DNA of 64,000 bases from Thermodesulfobacteriota bacterium (GTDB lineage Bacteria; Desulfobacterota_D; UBA1144; Nemesobacterales; Mycalebacteriaceae). The stretch lies in assembly GCA_965226585.1 (NCBI GenBank), contig OZ245366.1, forward strand, positions 352,001 through 416,000, read 5' to 3'. Both the position numbers and the translations under genes were made by a program. The notes under the pieces are model-generated. The model was not told the origin of the DNA. It made no database searches and saw only the letters and a list, made by a program, of their open reading frames with translations. Below are positions 31,023 to 39,922 of this stretch, piece by piece; position 1 is the first letter of the stretch, and every line of letters starts with the position of its first letter.

Positions 31023-31114
31023 CAAGTCAAGACAGTTTCCGGTGTTGATATTTACAAATTTGGAAATATCCTTTATTTGAAGCGGGTAACAGCGGATAGT
31101 TGCAGGACAGTGTT

Positions 31115-31729
31115 ATGTTGGTAGATAGTCTGGCAGAGAAGATACACGCCTTTTGGTTCGGTGAAATCGGTGAAAACGGCCTTTGCGATGCCGAAAAGTC
31201 GTCTGCGTGGTTCGAAAAAGACGACTGTTTCGACCGCCTCATGGAGCGTGAATTCGGGAATTTTCTGTCTTCCGTCCACAGCGGCGCTCTTGACGGCATG
31301 GATCAGACACCTCGCGGGGCGCTTTCCCTTATAGTTCTAACCGACCAGTTTCCGCGAAACATACACCGCGGACGCCCGGAATCCTTCGCTTTTGATTCAT
31401 TTGCGCTTGCTGTCTGCAGAAAAGGGATTGGCAAGGGTTTTGACAGTTTGCTTGCGCCTCCGGAGAGAGTTTTCTTCTACCTTCCGCTTATGCACTCGGA
31501 GAGTTTTGCGATACAGAAAATATCAGTAAAAACCTTTACATCTCTGGCGGAGGATTTCAGGGAAATTCCTGAAGTTTTTAAAACACTTAATTACTCCGTG
31601 GATTTTGCGCGCCGCCATTTTGACATTATTGAGCAGTTCGGCAGATACCCGCACAGAAATAAAATACTCGGCAGAGAGTCCACACCTGAGGAAATAGAGT
31701 TTCTTAAACAGCCGGGGAGTTCGTTTTAG
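31115..31729 (+). CDS. DUF924 family protein
   Basis: FWF, DQFPRNIHR, FFYLPLMHSE, FGRYPHRNKILGRESTPEE. Confidence 0.92.
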   Translation: MLVDSLAEKIHAFWFGEIGENGLCDAEKSSAWFEKDDCFDRLMEREFGNFLSSVHSGALDGMDQTPRGALSLIVLTDQFPRNIHRGRPESFAFDSFALAVCRKGIGKGFDSLLAPPERVFFYLPLMHSESFAIQKISVKTFTSLAEDFREIPEVFKTLNYSVDFARRHFDIIEQFGRYPHRNKILGRESTPEEIEFLKQPGSSF

Positions 31730-31741
31730 TATGAACCTTGC

Positions 31742-32476
31742 TTATTTCTTTTCATACTGTTCAACAAAATACGCAGGTCTTTTTTTGCCTCTGTATGAAG
31801 GGTGAGGACCAACATAAACAGTTCTTTTATTTGTCGATACAAAACTCAATATCTCTTCTTTGCGGTTAAATTCAAGGCTTTGAAAAATAATTATGTCTGG
31901 GTTGAAAATGTTGACTTCTTTAATAAAAAACTCTTGTTCAATGTCTTTTTTGTAATGCTTTCTGTTTTTCCCTCCTGATTTGTAATTTCTGCCTACGTCA
32001 ACGAACTTGTAGAAATTTGTCAGGGATATATGGGAAAGAGGATTTTCTTCCGGCAGGCAATCCTTTTTGTTTTTCAATATTTGCTGACAGGTATGTGTTT
32101 TCCCTATTTCATTCCACTTGTTTCCCCAATTCAGATTTTTTTCCAGAAAGTGTAGGGCGGTGAAATAAGTTCCGGCAATGTGCGGGTTGAGGAGATGAAA
32201 CTCTTTTTTCTCAATGCTTGAATTTCTCCCGTTAAAATCCTGTATATGTTCTTTCTCATCTTTTCCCTTATCGAGTCCTACAAAAAGAATTGCGGGTGAA
32301 TACTTCCCGTAATTTGAACCGATGTACGGATAAGTGGGGAACCTAACTTTCTTACACTTGCGAGTATTTTGATGTGATTCTGTTTTGAGAATCCCCGTTT
32401 TCGGGTCTATTTCCATATCACGGAAAAATTTTCCGTGCGTTTCTTTCAATTCTCTTTTTAATCTGCCGTTGGACAC
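31742..32476 (-). CDS. Hypothetical AT-rich protein, probable uracil-DNA glycosylase superfamily fold
   Basis: PYIGSNY..ILFVGLD, LTNFYKF, EVNIFNPDIIIFQ, C-terminal HPS. Confidence 0.6.
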   Translation of the reverse strand: MSNGRLKRELKETHGKFFRDMEIDPKTGILKTESHQNTRKCKKVRFPTYPYIGSNYGKYSPAILFVGLDKGKDEKEHIQDFNGRNSSIEKKEFHLLNPHIAGTYFTALHFLEKNLNWGNKWNEIGKTHTCQQILKNKKDCLPEENPLSHISLTNFYKFVDVGRNYKSGGKNRKHYKKDIEQEFFIKEVNIFNPDIIIFQSLEFNRKEEILSFVSTNKRTVYVGPHPSYRGKKRPAYFVEQYEKK

Positions 32477-32506
32477 GGGCGTTATTTTAATTCACAATTC
32501 CATCAA

Positions 32507-32920
32507 ATGAAAACCCTTGCTCTTGATGTTGGAACAAAAACCATTGGTGTTGCCGCAAGTGATGAACTCGGCATAACATCAAACGGGATTGGAGTAATAA
32601 AACGCAAAGACGAAAAAAGCGATTTGGAATCCCTCGCGATTCTAATTGAAGAACACAAACCCGGCCGCATAGTTGTGGGTATTCCCTTTAACGCAGACGG
32701 CTCTCTGGGCGAGCGAGCGGTTCGCATAAAACAGTTTTCAGAAAAACTGAGAGATTTTTCCGGAGTGGAAACAGCGCTGTGGGATGAAAGTTTTTCCACC
32801 GTCAGCGCGGAAAAAACCCTCATCGGCGGCGGAATGGGACGGAAAAAAAGGAAGAAAGTTGTTGATAAACTGGCGGCGGTTGTTATCCTGCGCGAATATC
32901 TTGACAGCAGGGGAAGTTAA
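32507..32920 (+). CDS. ruvX: YqgF/RuvX pre-16S rRNA nuclease
   Basis: LALDVGTKTIGVAASD, VVGIP, WDESFST, DKLAAVVIL. Confidence 0.95.
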   Translation: MKTLALDVGTKTIGVAASDELGITSNGIGVIKRKDEKSDLESLAILIEEHKPGRIVVGIPFNADGSLGERAVRIKQFSEKLRDFSGVETALWDESFSTVSAEKTLIGGGMGRKKRKKVVDKLAAVVILREYLDSRGS

Positions 32921-33718
32921 ATGCCTGTGGCAAAAGTAAACGGAATGAACATAAACTACGAAGAACACGGCTCCGGAGCGCCGGTTTTTCTCATCGGAGG
33001 GCTCGGAAGCACAATTCAAAGCTGGGACGACCAGATACCCGTTTATTCAAAACATTTCAGAGTGATAGCCTTTGACAACCGGGGGTCAGGTCTTTCAGAC
33101 AAGCCCCGCAAACCCTACTCAACTGAAGATATGGCGGACGATGCGGTCGCCCTTGCGGATTTTCTGAAGATAGAAAAAGCGTCTTTTGTGGGCAAATCCA
33201 TGGGCGGCATGATAGCGCAGTGGATAGGCATCAAATACCCCGAAAAAGTTGAACGTCTGGTGATGGGTTGCTCTTCAGCCCGCAGAGATGAGGTGGGAAA
33301 CCTGATACTCAGCACGGGCAGAGAAATATCGGAAAAAGCCGGAATGGGCCCGGTGTGGCTCACGGCTCTCTTTCTCGGCTACGGCAGAAAATACATTGAA
33401 GACAACCTTGAGGAGATAAAACGGAGACTTTCCGCGGTCAGAACTTCCCCCGAAGACATAGCCGGTTACCACGGCCAGTGCGGGGCGTGCGAAGGGCACG
33501 ATACCTCCGGGCTTCTGCATACCATAAAAGCCCCGACCCTTGTTATGTTCGGCACGGAAGACAACGTTACAGACCCGCAGAGAGCGGCGGAGGTGGGAGA
33601 GCTGATTCCGGGTTCCTCGGTTCGCGCATTTGAGGGCGCGGGGCACGGCTTCTGGAGAGAGAAAAGGGAAGAGGCGGACGCCCTTGTATTTGACTTTCTC
33701 AAAGGTAATGCGGTTTAA
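32921..33718 (+). CDS. Alpha/beta fold hydrolase
   Basis: FDNRGSGLSD, GKSMGG nucleophile elbow, GAGH. Confidence 0.9.
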   Translation: MPVAKVNGMNINYEEHGSGAPVFLIGGLGSTIQSWDDQIPVYSKHFRVIAFDNRGSGLSDKPRKPYSTEDMADDAVALADFLKIEKASFVGKSMGGMIAQWIGIKYPEKVERLVMGCSSARRDEVGNLILSTGREISEKAGMGPVWLTALFLGYGRKYIEDNLEEIKRRLSAVRTSPEDIAGYHGQCGACEGHDTSGLLHTIKAPTLVMFGTEDNVTDPQRAAEVGELIPGSSVRAFEGAGHGFWREKREEADALVFDFLKGNAV

Positions 33719-33725
33719 TATCGGT

Positions 33726-34166
33726 ATGTCTGCGATGAGAATCATTTTTCAAACGGACGGATACGGAGGGCTTATAGCCCGGCTGTTTCTCGGTGCGGTT
33801 ATGCTCCCGCACGGCTTCCAGAAAATTTTTTCCGTGGAGCAAACTATGAACAACTTCACCTCCAAGATGGATTTGCCCTATGTGGTGGCAGTTCTTGTGA
33901 TTGCGGGAGAATCCGTTGGCGCGGTGTCGCTGATTATAGGCTTTATGTCGCGCTTCTGCGCTTTATCAATGGGTATCATAATGATAGGCGCGGTACACAT
34001 GTTTCACCTACAACACGGGTTCTTTATGAACTGGAAAAAAGACCTGGACGCCGGACAGGGATATGAATACCACCTGCTCATGATAGGTCTCGCTCTTGTT
34101 GTCGTCGTGTGCGGCGGCGGCAAACTGTCGGTTGACAGGGTTATAGGGCGGATGTCTTCTTCCTGA
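33726..34166 (+). CDS. DoxX family membrane protein
   Basis: RLFLGAVMLPHGFQK, GFFMNW, GYEYHLL, GGGKLSVD; start 33726 or 33708. Confidence 0.9.
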   Translation: MSAMRIIFQTDGYGGLIARLFLGAVMLPHGFQKIFSVEQTMNNFTSKMDLPYVVAVLVIAGESVGAVSLIIGFMSRFCALSMGIIMIGAVHMFHLQHGFFMNWKKDLDAGQGYEYHLLMIGLALVVVVCGGGKLSVDRVIGRMSSS

Positions 34167-34179
34167 TTTTAGAGTCTCT

Positions 34180-34500
34180 TCAGCCGCTTTCCGTTTGCAG
34201 AGCCCGCTCAAGGTCTCCGCTCTGGAACATCTCTTCGCAAATATCACAGCCGCCTATAAATTTTCCGTCCACGTAAAGTTGCGGAATTGTGGGCCAGTTT
34301 GAAAAATCCTTTATTCCCTGCCGCAGTTTCTCATTTTCCAGCACATCCACCGTCTCGTAGATGATGCCCATGGTGTTGAGTATCTGCACAACCCGTGCCG
34401 AAAAACCGCACTGCGGCATCTCTCTGGTTCCCTTCATATAAAGGAGAACCCTGTTGTTCTCCACTTGCGATTTTATCAATTCTTTTGTTTCTTCAGACAT
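34180..34500 (-). CDS. grxD: Monothiol glutaredoxin (Grx4)
   Basis: MKGT..PQCGFS, WPTIPQLY, GGCDI. Confidence 0.95.
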   Translation of the reverse strand: MSEETKELIKSQVENNRVLLYMKGTREMPQCGFSARVVQILNTMGIIYETVDVLENEKLRQGIKDFSNWPTIPQLYVDGKFIGGCDICEEMFQSGDLERALQTESG

Positions 34501-34502
34501 TG

Positions 34503-34742
34503 TTATCCTCCGGTTTTGCTCCACTGTTCGGGCGTGTAGGTCTTTATGGAAAGGGCGTGAATCTCTTCCCTCATCGCGTCTCCAAGGGCGGAGTACACAA
34601 GTTTGTGCCTGTCAACAGGCGTTTTTCCTTCAAAATCCGCCGAAACCACTATCGCCTCAAAGTGTGATCCGTCGCCGTCAACTTCAACATGGCTCGCGTC
34701 AAGCGATTTTTCTATTGCTGATTTGATGTTTTCCGGGCTCAC
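34503..34742 (-). CDS. BolA/IbaG family protein
   Basis: GDGSHF, RHKLVY, IHALSIKT; adjacent to grxD. Confidence 0.93.
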   Translation of the reverse strand: MSPENIKSAIEKSLDASHVEVDGDGSHFEAIVVSADFEGKTPVDRHKLVYSALGDAMREEIHALSIKTYTPEQWSKTGG

Positions 34743-34798
34743 GGGTGGTATTATCTATACTTGGTACTGTAGTTGTCAAACAGAATGAGAGGTGAAAT

Positions 34799-35239
34799 AT
34801 GCTTGTATCTGAGATAATGAGCGCGGACATAAAAACGGTTTCCGAGGACGCCCTGCTTAAAGATGTGGCAATGGCGATGACCCGCCAAGGTGTCGGCTGT
34901 CTTCCGGTTGTGGACGCCGGAGGGAAACTGACCGGAATAATATCCGAATCTGATTTTGTAGGAACCCTTCGCAATGTCCCGTTCTCAAGAGAAACCGGAC
35001 ATGTGCTGTTCGGGCAGTGGACAGACGGAGAGGGAATAGTATCGAGTTGCAGGGAGGTGGCGGAGATGAAACTGAAAGATTTTATGAACTCCCATGTTGT
35101 AACCGTCAGCCCGGATGACACGGTGGAAGAGGCCGTTACGAAGATGCTGAAAAACCGCATCCGCCGTATGCCGGTTGTGAAAGACGGCAAACCGGTGGCG
35201 ATGTTTTCAAGAAACGATCTTCTCAAGATATTCAAATGA
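34799..35239 (+). CDS. CBS domain protein
   Basis: Two CBS repeats (LPVVD..GIISESD; MPVV..RNDLL); GAGGTG RBS. Confidence 0.9.
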   Translation: MLVSEIMSADIKTVSEDALLKDVAMAMTRQGVGCLPVVDAGGKLTGIISESDFVGTLRNVPFSRETGHVLFGQWTDGEGIVSSCREVAEMKLKDFMNSHVVTVSPDDTVEEAVTKMLKNRIRRMPVVKDGKPVAMFSRNDLLKIFK

Positions 35240-35258
35240 CCGCCGGCGGGAGCCAGTT

Positions 35259-36629
35259 TTGTACCCAAGAGTAGTTATTGCGGGAGAGCGGAGCGGATGC
35301 GGAAAAACAACCGTTACTCTCGCCCTTATGAGCGTTTTTTCCTCAAAAGGGCTTGCCGTTCAGGGCTTCAAAACGGGTCCGGATTACATAGACACCTCGC
35401 ACTACGAGGCGAGAACCGGAAGAAAAGGCAGAAACATAGACCTCTGGATGACCGACCCCGGAGACTGTATTGAGATTTTCCGCAGAAACGCCGCCGGGCG
35501 GATATCCGTAATTGAAGGGGTTATGGGCCTCTATGACGGCGCGTATCCGGATGGCGCGGCAAGCACGGCGCACACCGCCAAACTGCTTGACGCCCCCGTG
35601 ATAGTTGTTCTGGACGGCGCGCGGGGCGGCGGCTCCATCGCCGCGACCGCGCTGGGGCTGAAGATGTTTGACGAAGAGGTCAACATCGCCGGTTTCATTT
35701 TGAACCGCATTTCACCGCGCCGCGCGGCGGAAACGGCAAAGACCGTTGCCTGCCGCACGGGAATACCGTTTCTGGGCTTCCTTCCGCCCGATGACGATAT
35801 GGCGATAAGGTCAAGACATCTGGGACTTGTTCCCGCTTCAGAATCCGCCGCCTGTTCACGGAGAATTGCCTCAGAATCCGCAATAGCGGAAAAATCGCTT
35901 GATATTGAACTGATAGAGAAAATAGCCCGCGCCGCTCCCTCTCCCGGAGAGTCTGCGGGGTCGCTTTATCCTCCCGACCCCCTGCCCCAGCGTGTCCGCC
36001 TCGCGGTTGCGCGTGACAAAGCGTTTTCGTTCTACTACGAAGACTCTCTTGACCTTCTGTCCATGTGGGGATGCGAGGTGGCAGAGTTTTCCCCCGTTTC
36101 AGATGAGAGTCTTCCCCCCGGGGCGGACGCGGTTTTTCTGGGCGGCGGATTTCCCGAACTGTATTGCGGGGAGATTGAGGAGAACGTCTCAATGAGGCGG
36201 GACTTGCTGCGTTTCTGCAATTCGGGCGGCGCGGTTTACGGAGAGTGCGGGGGAATGATGTATCTGGGGCGGAGTGTGACGGATATGAGCGGGCGGAAAT
36301 TTGAGATGAGCGGCGTGTTTCCGGCAGAGTTTGAGATGAGAAAAACCTTGCAGTCTCTCGGCTACAGAGAGGTTGTTGCCAGAGCAGACGCGGGCTTTTT
36401 CCGCGCGGGAGACACGGAAAAAGGGCACGAGTTTCACTATTCCGGGTTTTCCCCGTCCGGGGCGGACACGGATTTTTTCAACATAACAAAATCTTCAGGC
36501 GGCTGTTTTGACGGCGGGATGAGTTTCAAAAACACCGTTGCTTCATACGTTCACCTGAACTTTTTGTCGTCCGGCATCGCGGAACTGATACCTCAGAGGA
36601 TAAAGCCCGCAAAGGGGGAAACGCTTTGA
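35259..36629 (+). CDS. cobB: Cobyrinate/hydrogenobyrinate a,c-diamide synthase
   Basis: SGCGKTT, FKTGPDYID, EGVMGLYDG, SRHLGL, ECGGMMYL, GHEFHYS. Confidence 0.93.
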   Translation: MYPRVVIAGERSGCGKTTVTLALMSVFSSKGLAVQGFKTGPDYIDTSHYEARTGRKGRNIDLWMTDPGDCIEIFRRNAAGRISVIEGVMGLYDGAYPDGAASTAHTAKLLDAPVIVVLDGARGGGSIAATALGLKMFDEEVNIAGFILNRISPRRAAETAKTVACRTGIPFLGFLPPDDDMAIRSRHLGLVPASESAACSRRIASESAIAEKSLDIELIEKIARAAPSPGESAGSLYPPDPLPQRVRLAVARDKAFSFYYEDSLDLLSMWGCEVAEFSPVSDESLPPGADAVFLGGGFPELYCGEIEENVSMRRDLLRFCNSGGAVYGECGGMMYLGRSVTDMSGRKFEMSGVFPAEFEMRKTLQSLGYREVVARADAGFFRAGDTEKGHEFHYSGFSPSGADTDFFNITKSSGGCFDGGMSFKNTVASYVHLNFLSSGIAELIPQRIKPAKGETL

Positions 36630-37693
36630 AACTGTCGTCCCGCGCCGCCGCGCCTTTTCACGGCGGTCTTGATTACGAGGAGATTCGCCTGATGGGGATT
36701 GACCCCGAAAGTGTGGTTGATTTTTCAAGCAACATAAACCCGTTTTTCCCGTCCTCGCGCCTGCTTGCGGGCGCGTGCGCCGGAGCGTGCGACTATCCGG
36801 ATGCCGGATATTCGGAACTGCGCGGGGCGGTAGCAGAGTTTCACGGAGTTGTGCCGGAGCAGGTTTTCGCGGGCAACGGCGCTTCCGAAATAGTTCATCT
36901 TCTGTGCAGATGTCTTCCTGCGGGCGCGTCCGTTCTGATACCCGTGCCGACTTTTTCAGAATACGAAAGGGCGGCGGTTATCTGCGGAGCGCGGGTGATT
37001 TTGTGCCCCGCCCCGGATGGCATGCGTTTTGACCCTCAGGCGATAGCGCGCGCCATAAAAGACAGCCGTCCCGACCTTGTTTTTCTGTGCAATCCCAACA
37101 ACCCGACCGGGCTCAACCTCTCCCGCGCCGCCGTTGAAACTGTCGTTTCTTCAGCAAACGGCGCGGTGGTTGTTATAGACGAATCCTACGCTGATTTTGT
37201 GGAAAACCGTGAGGATTATTCCCCCGTTAGCGGGGCTGAAAACGTTGTGATTCTCCGTTCCCTGACAAAATTTTACGGGCTTGCCGGCTTGAGAATCGGA
37301 TACGCGGTTTCAAGTCCGCCCGTAGTTGCCGCGCTGAACGGCGTTCGTCCGCCGTGGAATGTGAACTCGGTGGCGGCGGCGGCGGCGGCATCAATTTTTT
37401 CGCTTCCCCGGTCTGTTTGTGACGAAAGCAGGGCGCGTTTGTTCTCGGCAAGAAACCGGCTTGTGAAAGCCCTTGAAGATGCGGGCAAAAAATGCCTTCC
37501 GACAGACACGGGATTTTTTATGGTGGAAACTCCCCACGCGACCGCCGTGAGGGAAAAACTTTTGAGAAAAGGCGTTGCCGTGCGAGACTGTTCATCCTTC
37601 GGGCTTGCTTCCCACATCCGCATCAGCGCGCGTCCGGAGAAAGACTGCGGCGAACTCATCAAGCAGTGGAAGGCGGCAGACCGTGAAGGCTAA
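36626..37693 (+). CDS. cobD: Threonine-phosphate decarboxylase (class I/II PLP enzyme)
   Basis: HGG, DFSSNINP, CNPNNPTG, RSLTKFYGLAGLRIGY, VRDC; cob cluster context. Confidence 0.82.
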   Translation: MKLSSRAAAPFHGGLDYEEIRLMGIDPESVVDFSSNINPFFPSSRLLAGACAGACDYPDAGYSELRGAVAEFHGVVPEQVFAGNGASEIVHLLCRCLPAGASVLIPVPTFSEYERAAVICGARVILCPAPDGMRFDPQAIARAIKDSRPDLVFLCNPNNPTGLNLSRAAVETVVSSANGAVVVIDESYADFVENREDYSPVSGAENVVILRSLTKFYGLAGLRIGYAVSSPPVVAALNGVRPPWNVNSVAAAAAASIFSLPRSVCDESRARLFSARNRLVKALEDAGKKCLPTDTGFFMVETPHATAVREKLLRKGVAVRDCSSFGLASHIRISARPEKDCGELIKQWKAADREG

Positions 37694-39188
37694 AACTTTG
37701 ATGGTTCAGGGAACCGCCTCCCACGTGGGCAAAAGCGTTATCACAGCCGGTCTGTGCAGGGTTCTCTCTCGCAGGGGTTTTTCGGTCGCCCCTTTCAAAT
37801 CGCAGAATATGAGTTTGAACTCGTTTGTAACCGGAGACGGCTCGGAGATTGGAAGGGCGCAAGCAATGCAGGCGGAGGCGGCGGGTGTGCCGGCCCTTGC
37901 CGAGATGAACCCCATCCTTCTCAAACCTCTGAAAGATGACGGCTCGCAGGTGATGGTTCTCGGAAAGTCCGAAGGCAACATGACATTTGCCGAATACATG
38001 GATTTTCGTCCCCGCGCTCTTGAGGCGGTGCGTTCATCCCTTGATGTTCTGGCCGGGAAGTTTGATGCGGTTGTGATTGAAGGCGCGGGCTGTGCGGCGG
38101 AGATAAATTTTTCCCGCAGTGAGATAGTCAACATGACGGTTGCGAACCTTGCGGACGCGCCGGTTCTGCTTGTCGGCGACATAGACAGGGGCGGCGTTTT
38201 CGCCTCGCTTGTGGGAACCCTTGAACTGCTTGAAAAAGCGGAAAGGGAAAGGGTGCGGGGGCTGATAATAAACAGGTTCCGGGGAGACGCCGATTTGCTT
38301 GGCGCGGGGCTTGATTTTCTTGAGAAAAAAACCGGAAAGCCGGTTCTGGGCGTTGTGCCTTATATTCGCGGGCTTATGCTTGACGATGAGGATTCTGTCT
38401 GTCTTGAAGATTCCCGGCCGGCCGCCGGGGCGGATTTGAAGGTGTGCGTGCCGAGGCTTCCGCGCATATCAAACTTTACCGACCTGCGTCCGCTTGAGAT
38501 GGAGAGCGGCGTTTCCGTTTCATACGCGGGGCGACCCGAAGAGATTGCGGACTCGGACGCGGTTGTGATAGCCGGAAGCAAGGCAACGATGGACGATTTG
38601 CGGTTTTTCAAAAACAGCGGAATGGCGGACGCGGTTGCAAAAGCATGCTCAAGCGGCGTTCCGGTTATAGGCATATGCGGCGGTTATCAGATGCTGGGTT
38701 CGGTTTTCGCAGACGGGGGAGGGTTTGAGTCTGCTCCCGGAACGGAGAACGGCCTTGGTGTTTTTCCGGCGGAAACGGAGATAAAAGAGGAAAAAACCCT
38801 CCGGCAGACATCCGCCACGGTTAAAAACGGCGGCGCGATGTTCAGAGGCATTGAGGGCGAGGAGGTGAAGGGATACGAGATTCACATGGGGCAGACGCGG
38901 TTTTCCGGCGGGGTCAAGTCTTTCCTGAGCAAAGCGGACGGATTGTGTGACGGAGCCGTGAATGGCGGGGGAAATGTTTACGGCACATACCTTCACGGCA
39001 TTTTTGAGAATGATAACTTGAGGGGTGAGTTTTTGAGATACTTGCGGCAAAAGAAGGGTGCGCCGTGCCGGGAGACGGTAAAATTCACCGAAGAACGCGA
39101 GAAACAGTACGACCTGCTCGCCGACTGTATTGAGGAAAGTTTGGATATGGACGCAGTGATGAGTATTGTTTCGGGGAAGAGTAAGTAG
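37683..39188 (+). CDS. cobQ: Cobyric acid synthase
   Basis: QGTASHVGKS, PFKSQNMS, MNPILLKP, DIDRGG, RISNFTD, GYEIHMG, GTYLHG; GTG start 37683. Confidence 0.95.
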   Translation: MKAKTLMVQGTASHVGKSVITAGLCRVLSRRGFSVAPFKSQNMSLNSFVTGDGSEIGRAQAMQAEAAGVPALAEMNPILLKPLKDDGSQVMVLGKSEGNMTFAEYMDFRPRALEAVRSSLDVLAGKFDAVVIEGAGCAAEINFSRSEIVNMTVANLADAPVLLVGDIDRGGVFASLVGTLELLEKAERERVRGLIINRFRGDADLLGAGLDFLEKKTGKPVLGVVPYIRGLMLDDEDSVCLEDSRPAAGADLKVCVPRLPRISNFTDLRPLEMESGVSVSYAGRPEEIADSDAVVIAGSKATMDDLRFFKNSGMADAVAKACSSGVPVIGICGGYQMLGSVFADGGGFESAPGTENGLGVFPAETEIKEEKTLRQTSATVKNGGAMFRGIEGEEVKGYEIHMGQTRFSGGVKSFLSKADGLCDGAVNGGGNVYGTYLHGIFENDNLRGEFLRYLRQKKGAPCRETVKFTEEREKQYDLLADCIEESLDMDAVMSIVSGKSK

Positions 39189-39190
39189 AT

Positions 39191-39922
39191 ATGGACAAAG
39201 TGACGTTTAAGCAGTTTCGCAGTTTTATTCAGTTTTTTGATGGAGAGGAATTAGAAACACCTGTTCAAAAAAAACCTTTTAGAGTTGATGTTGCAGAAAC
39301 ATATATTTCTTTTACTCCTGAAGTCAGTGGGGAATCAAGAAGTGTTTATTATAAAAATGACATTATAGGGAGCGAAGGAAAAAAGGGTTATTTAGCATTT
39401 TATAATGAAGGTTGCAGACAAGGCAAGGATTTCCCTCGTAAAAATTATATGGATGTTTCATATTTTATTGCTGTTATGAAAGAATATGAAAAACCTCAAA
39501 ATCGTATTTTTCATAAGAGTGAAAATCACAAAAAAACTGAAACACAGTCTCTTGCAATGGCAAGGGTGGGACAAGGTGAATTCAGGAATCAACTTTTAGC
39601 GTATTGGGAGAGTTCCTGTTCAGTTACCGGAGTTAATGATAAAAATTTGTTGCGTGCTTCTCATATCAAACCTTGGAGAGACTCTCAAAACAATGAACGG
39701 TTGGACAAGTTCAATGGCTTGCTGTTGAATCCAAATCTGGATTTGTTGTTTGACAAAGGATTTATAACTTTTGATGGTAATGGCAAAATTCACATTTCTA
39801 AGCAAATATCAAAAAAGAATCTAGATAGATTAGGCGTTAAGGATTCTATGTCTTTAAGAAGGATTGATGGTGGGCACAAGCATTTCCTCGATTATCATAG
39901 AGAGAAGGTTTTTCAAAAGTAA
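39191..39922 (+). CDS. HNH endonuclease with unrecognised N-terminal domain
   Basis: RVGQGEFR..CSVTG..ASHIKPW..NGLLL..FDKGFITF..YHR; strongly AT-rich. Confidence 0.88.
   Translation: MDKVTFKQFRSFIQFFDGEELETPVQKKPFRVDVAETYISFTPEVSGESRSVYYKNDIIGSEGKKGYLAFYNEGCRQGKDFPRKNYMDVSYFIAVMKEYEKPQNRIFHKSENHKKTETQSLAMARVGQGEFRNQLLAYWESSCSVTGVNDKNLLRASHIKPWRDSQNNERLDKFNGLLLNPNLDLLFDKGFITFDGNGKIHISKQISKKNLDRLGVKDSMSLRRIDGGHKHFLDYHREKVFQK

Noticed and set aside
35220..35260. Cobalamin riboswitch ahead of the cob cluster
   Set aside because: Only 19 nt separate the CBS gene and cobB, and the gap upstream of the CBS gene is 56 nt; no B12 box seen
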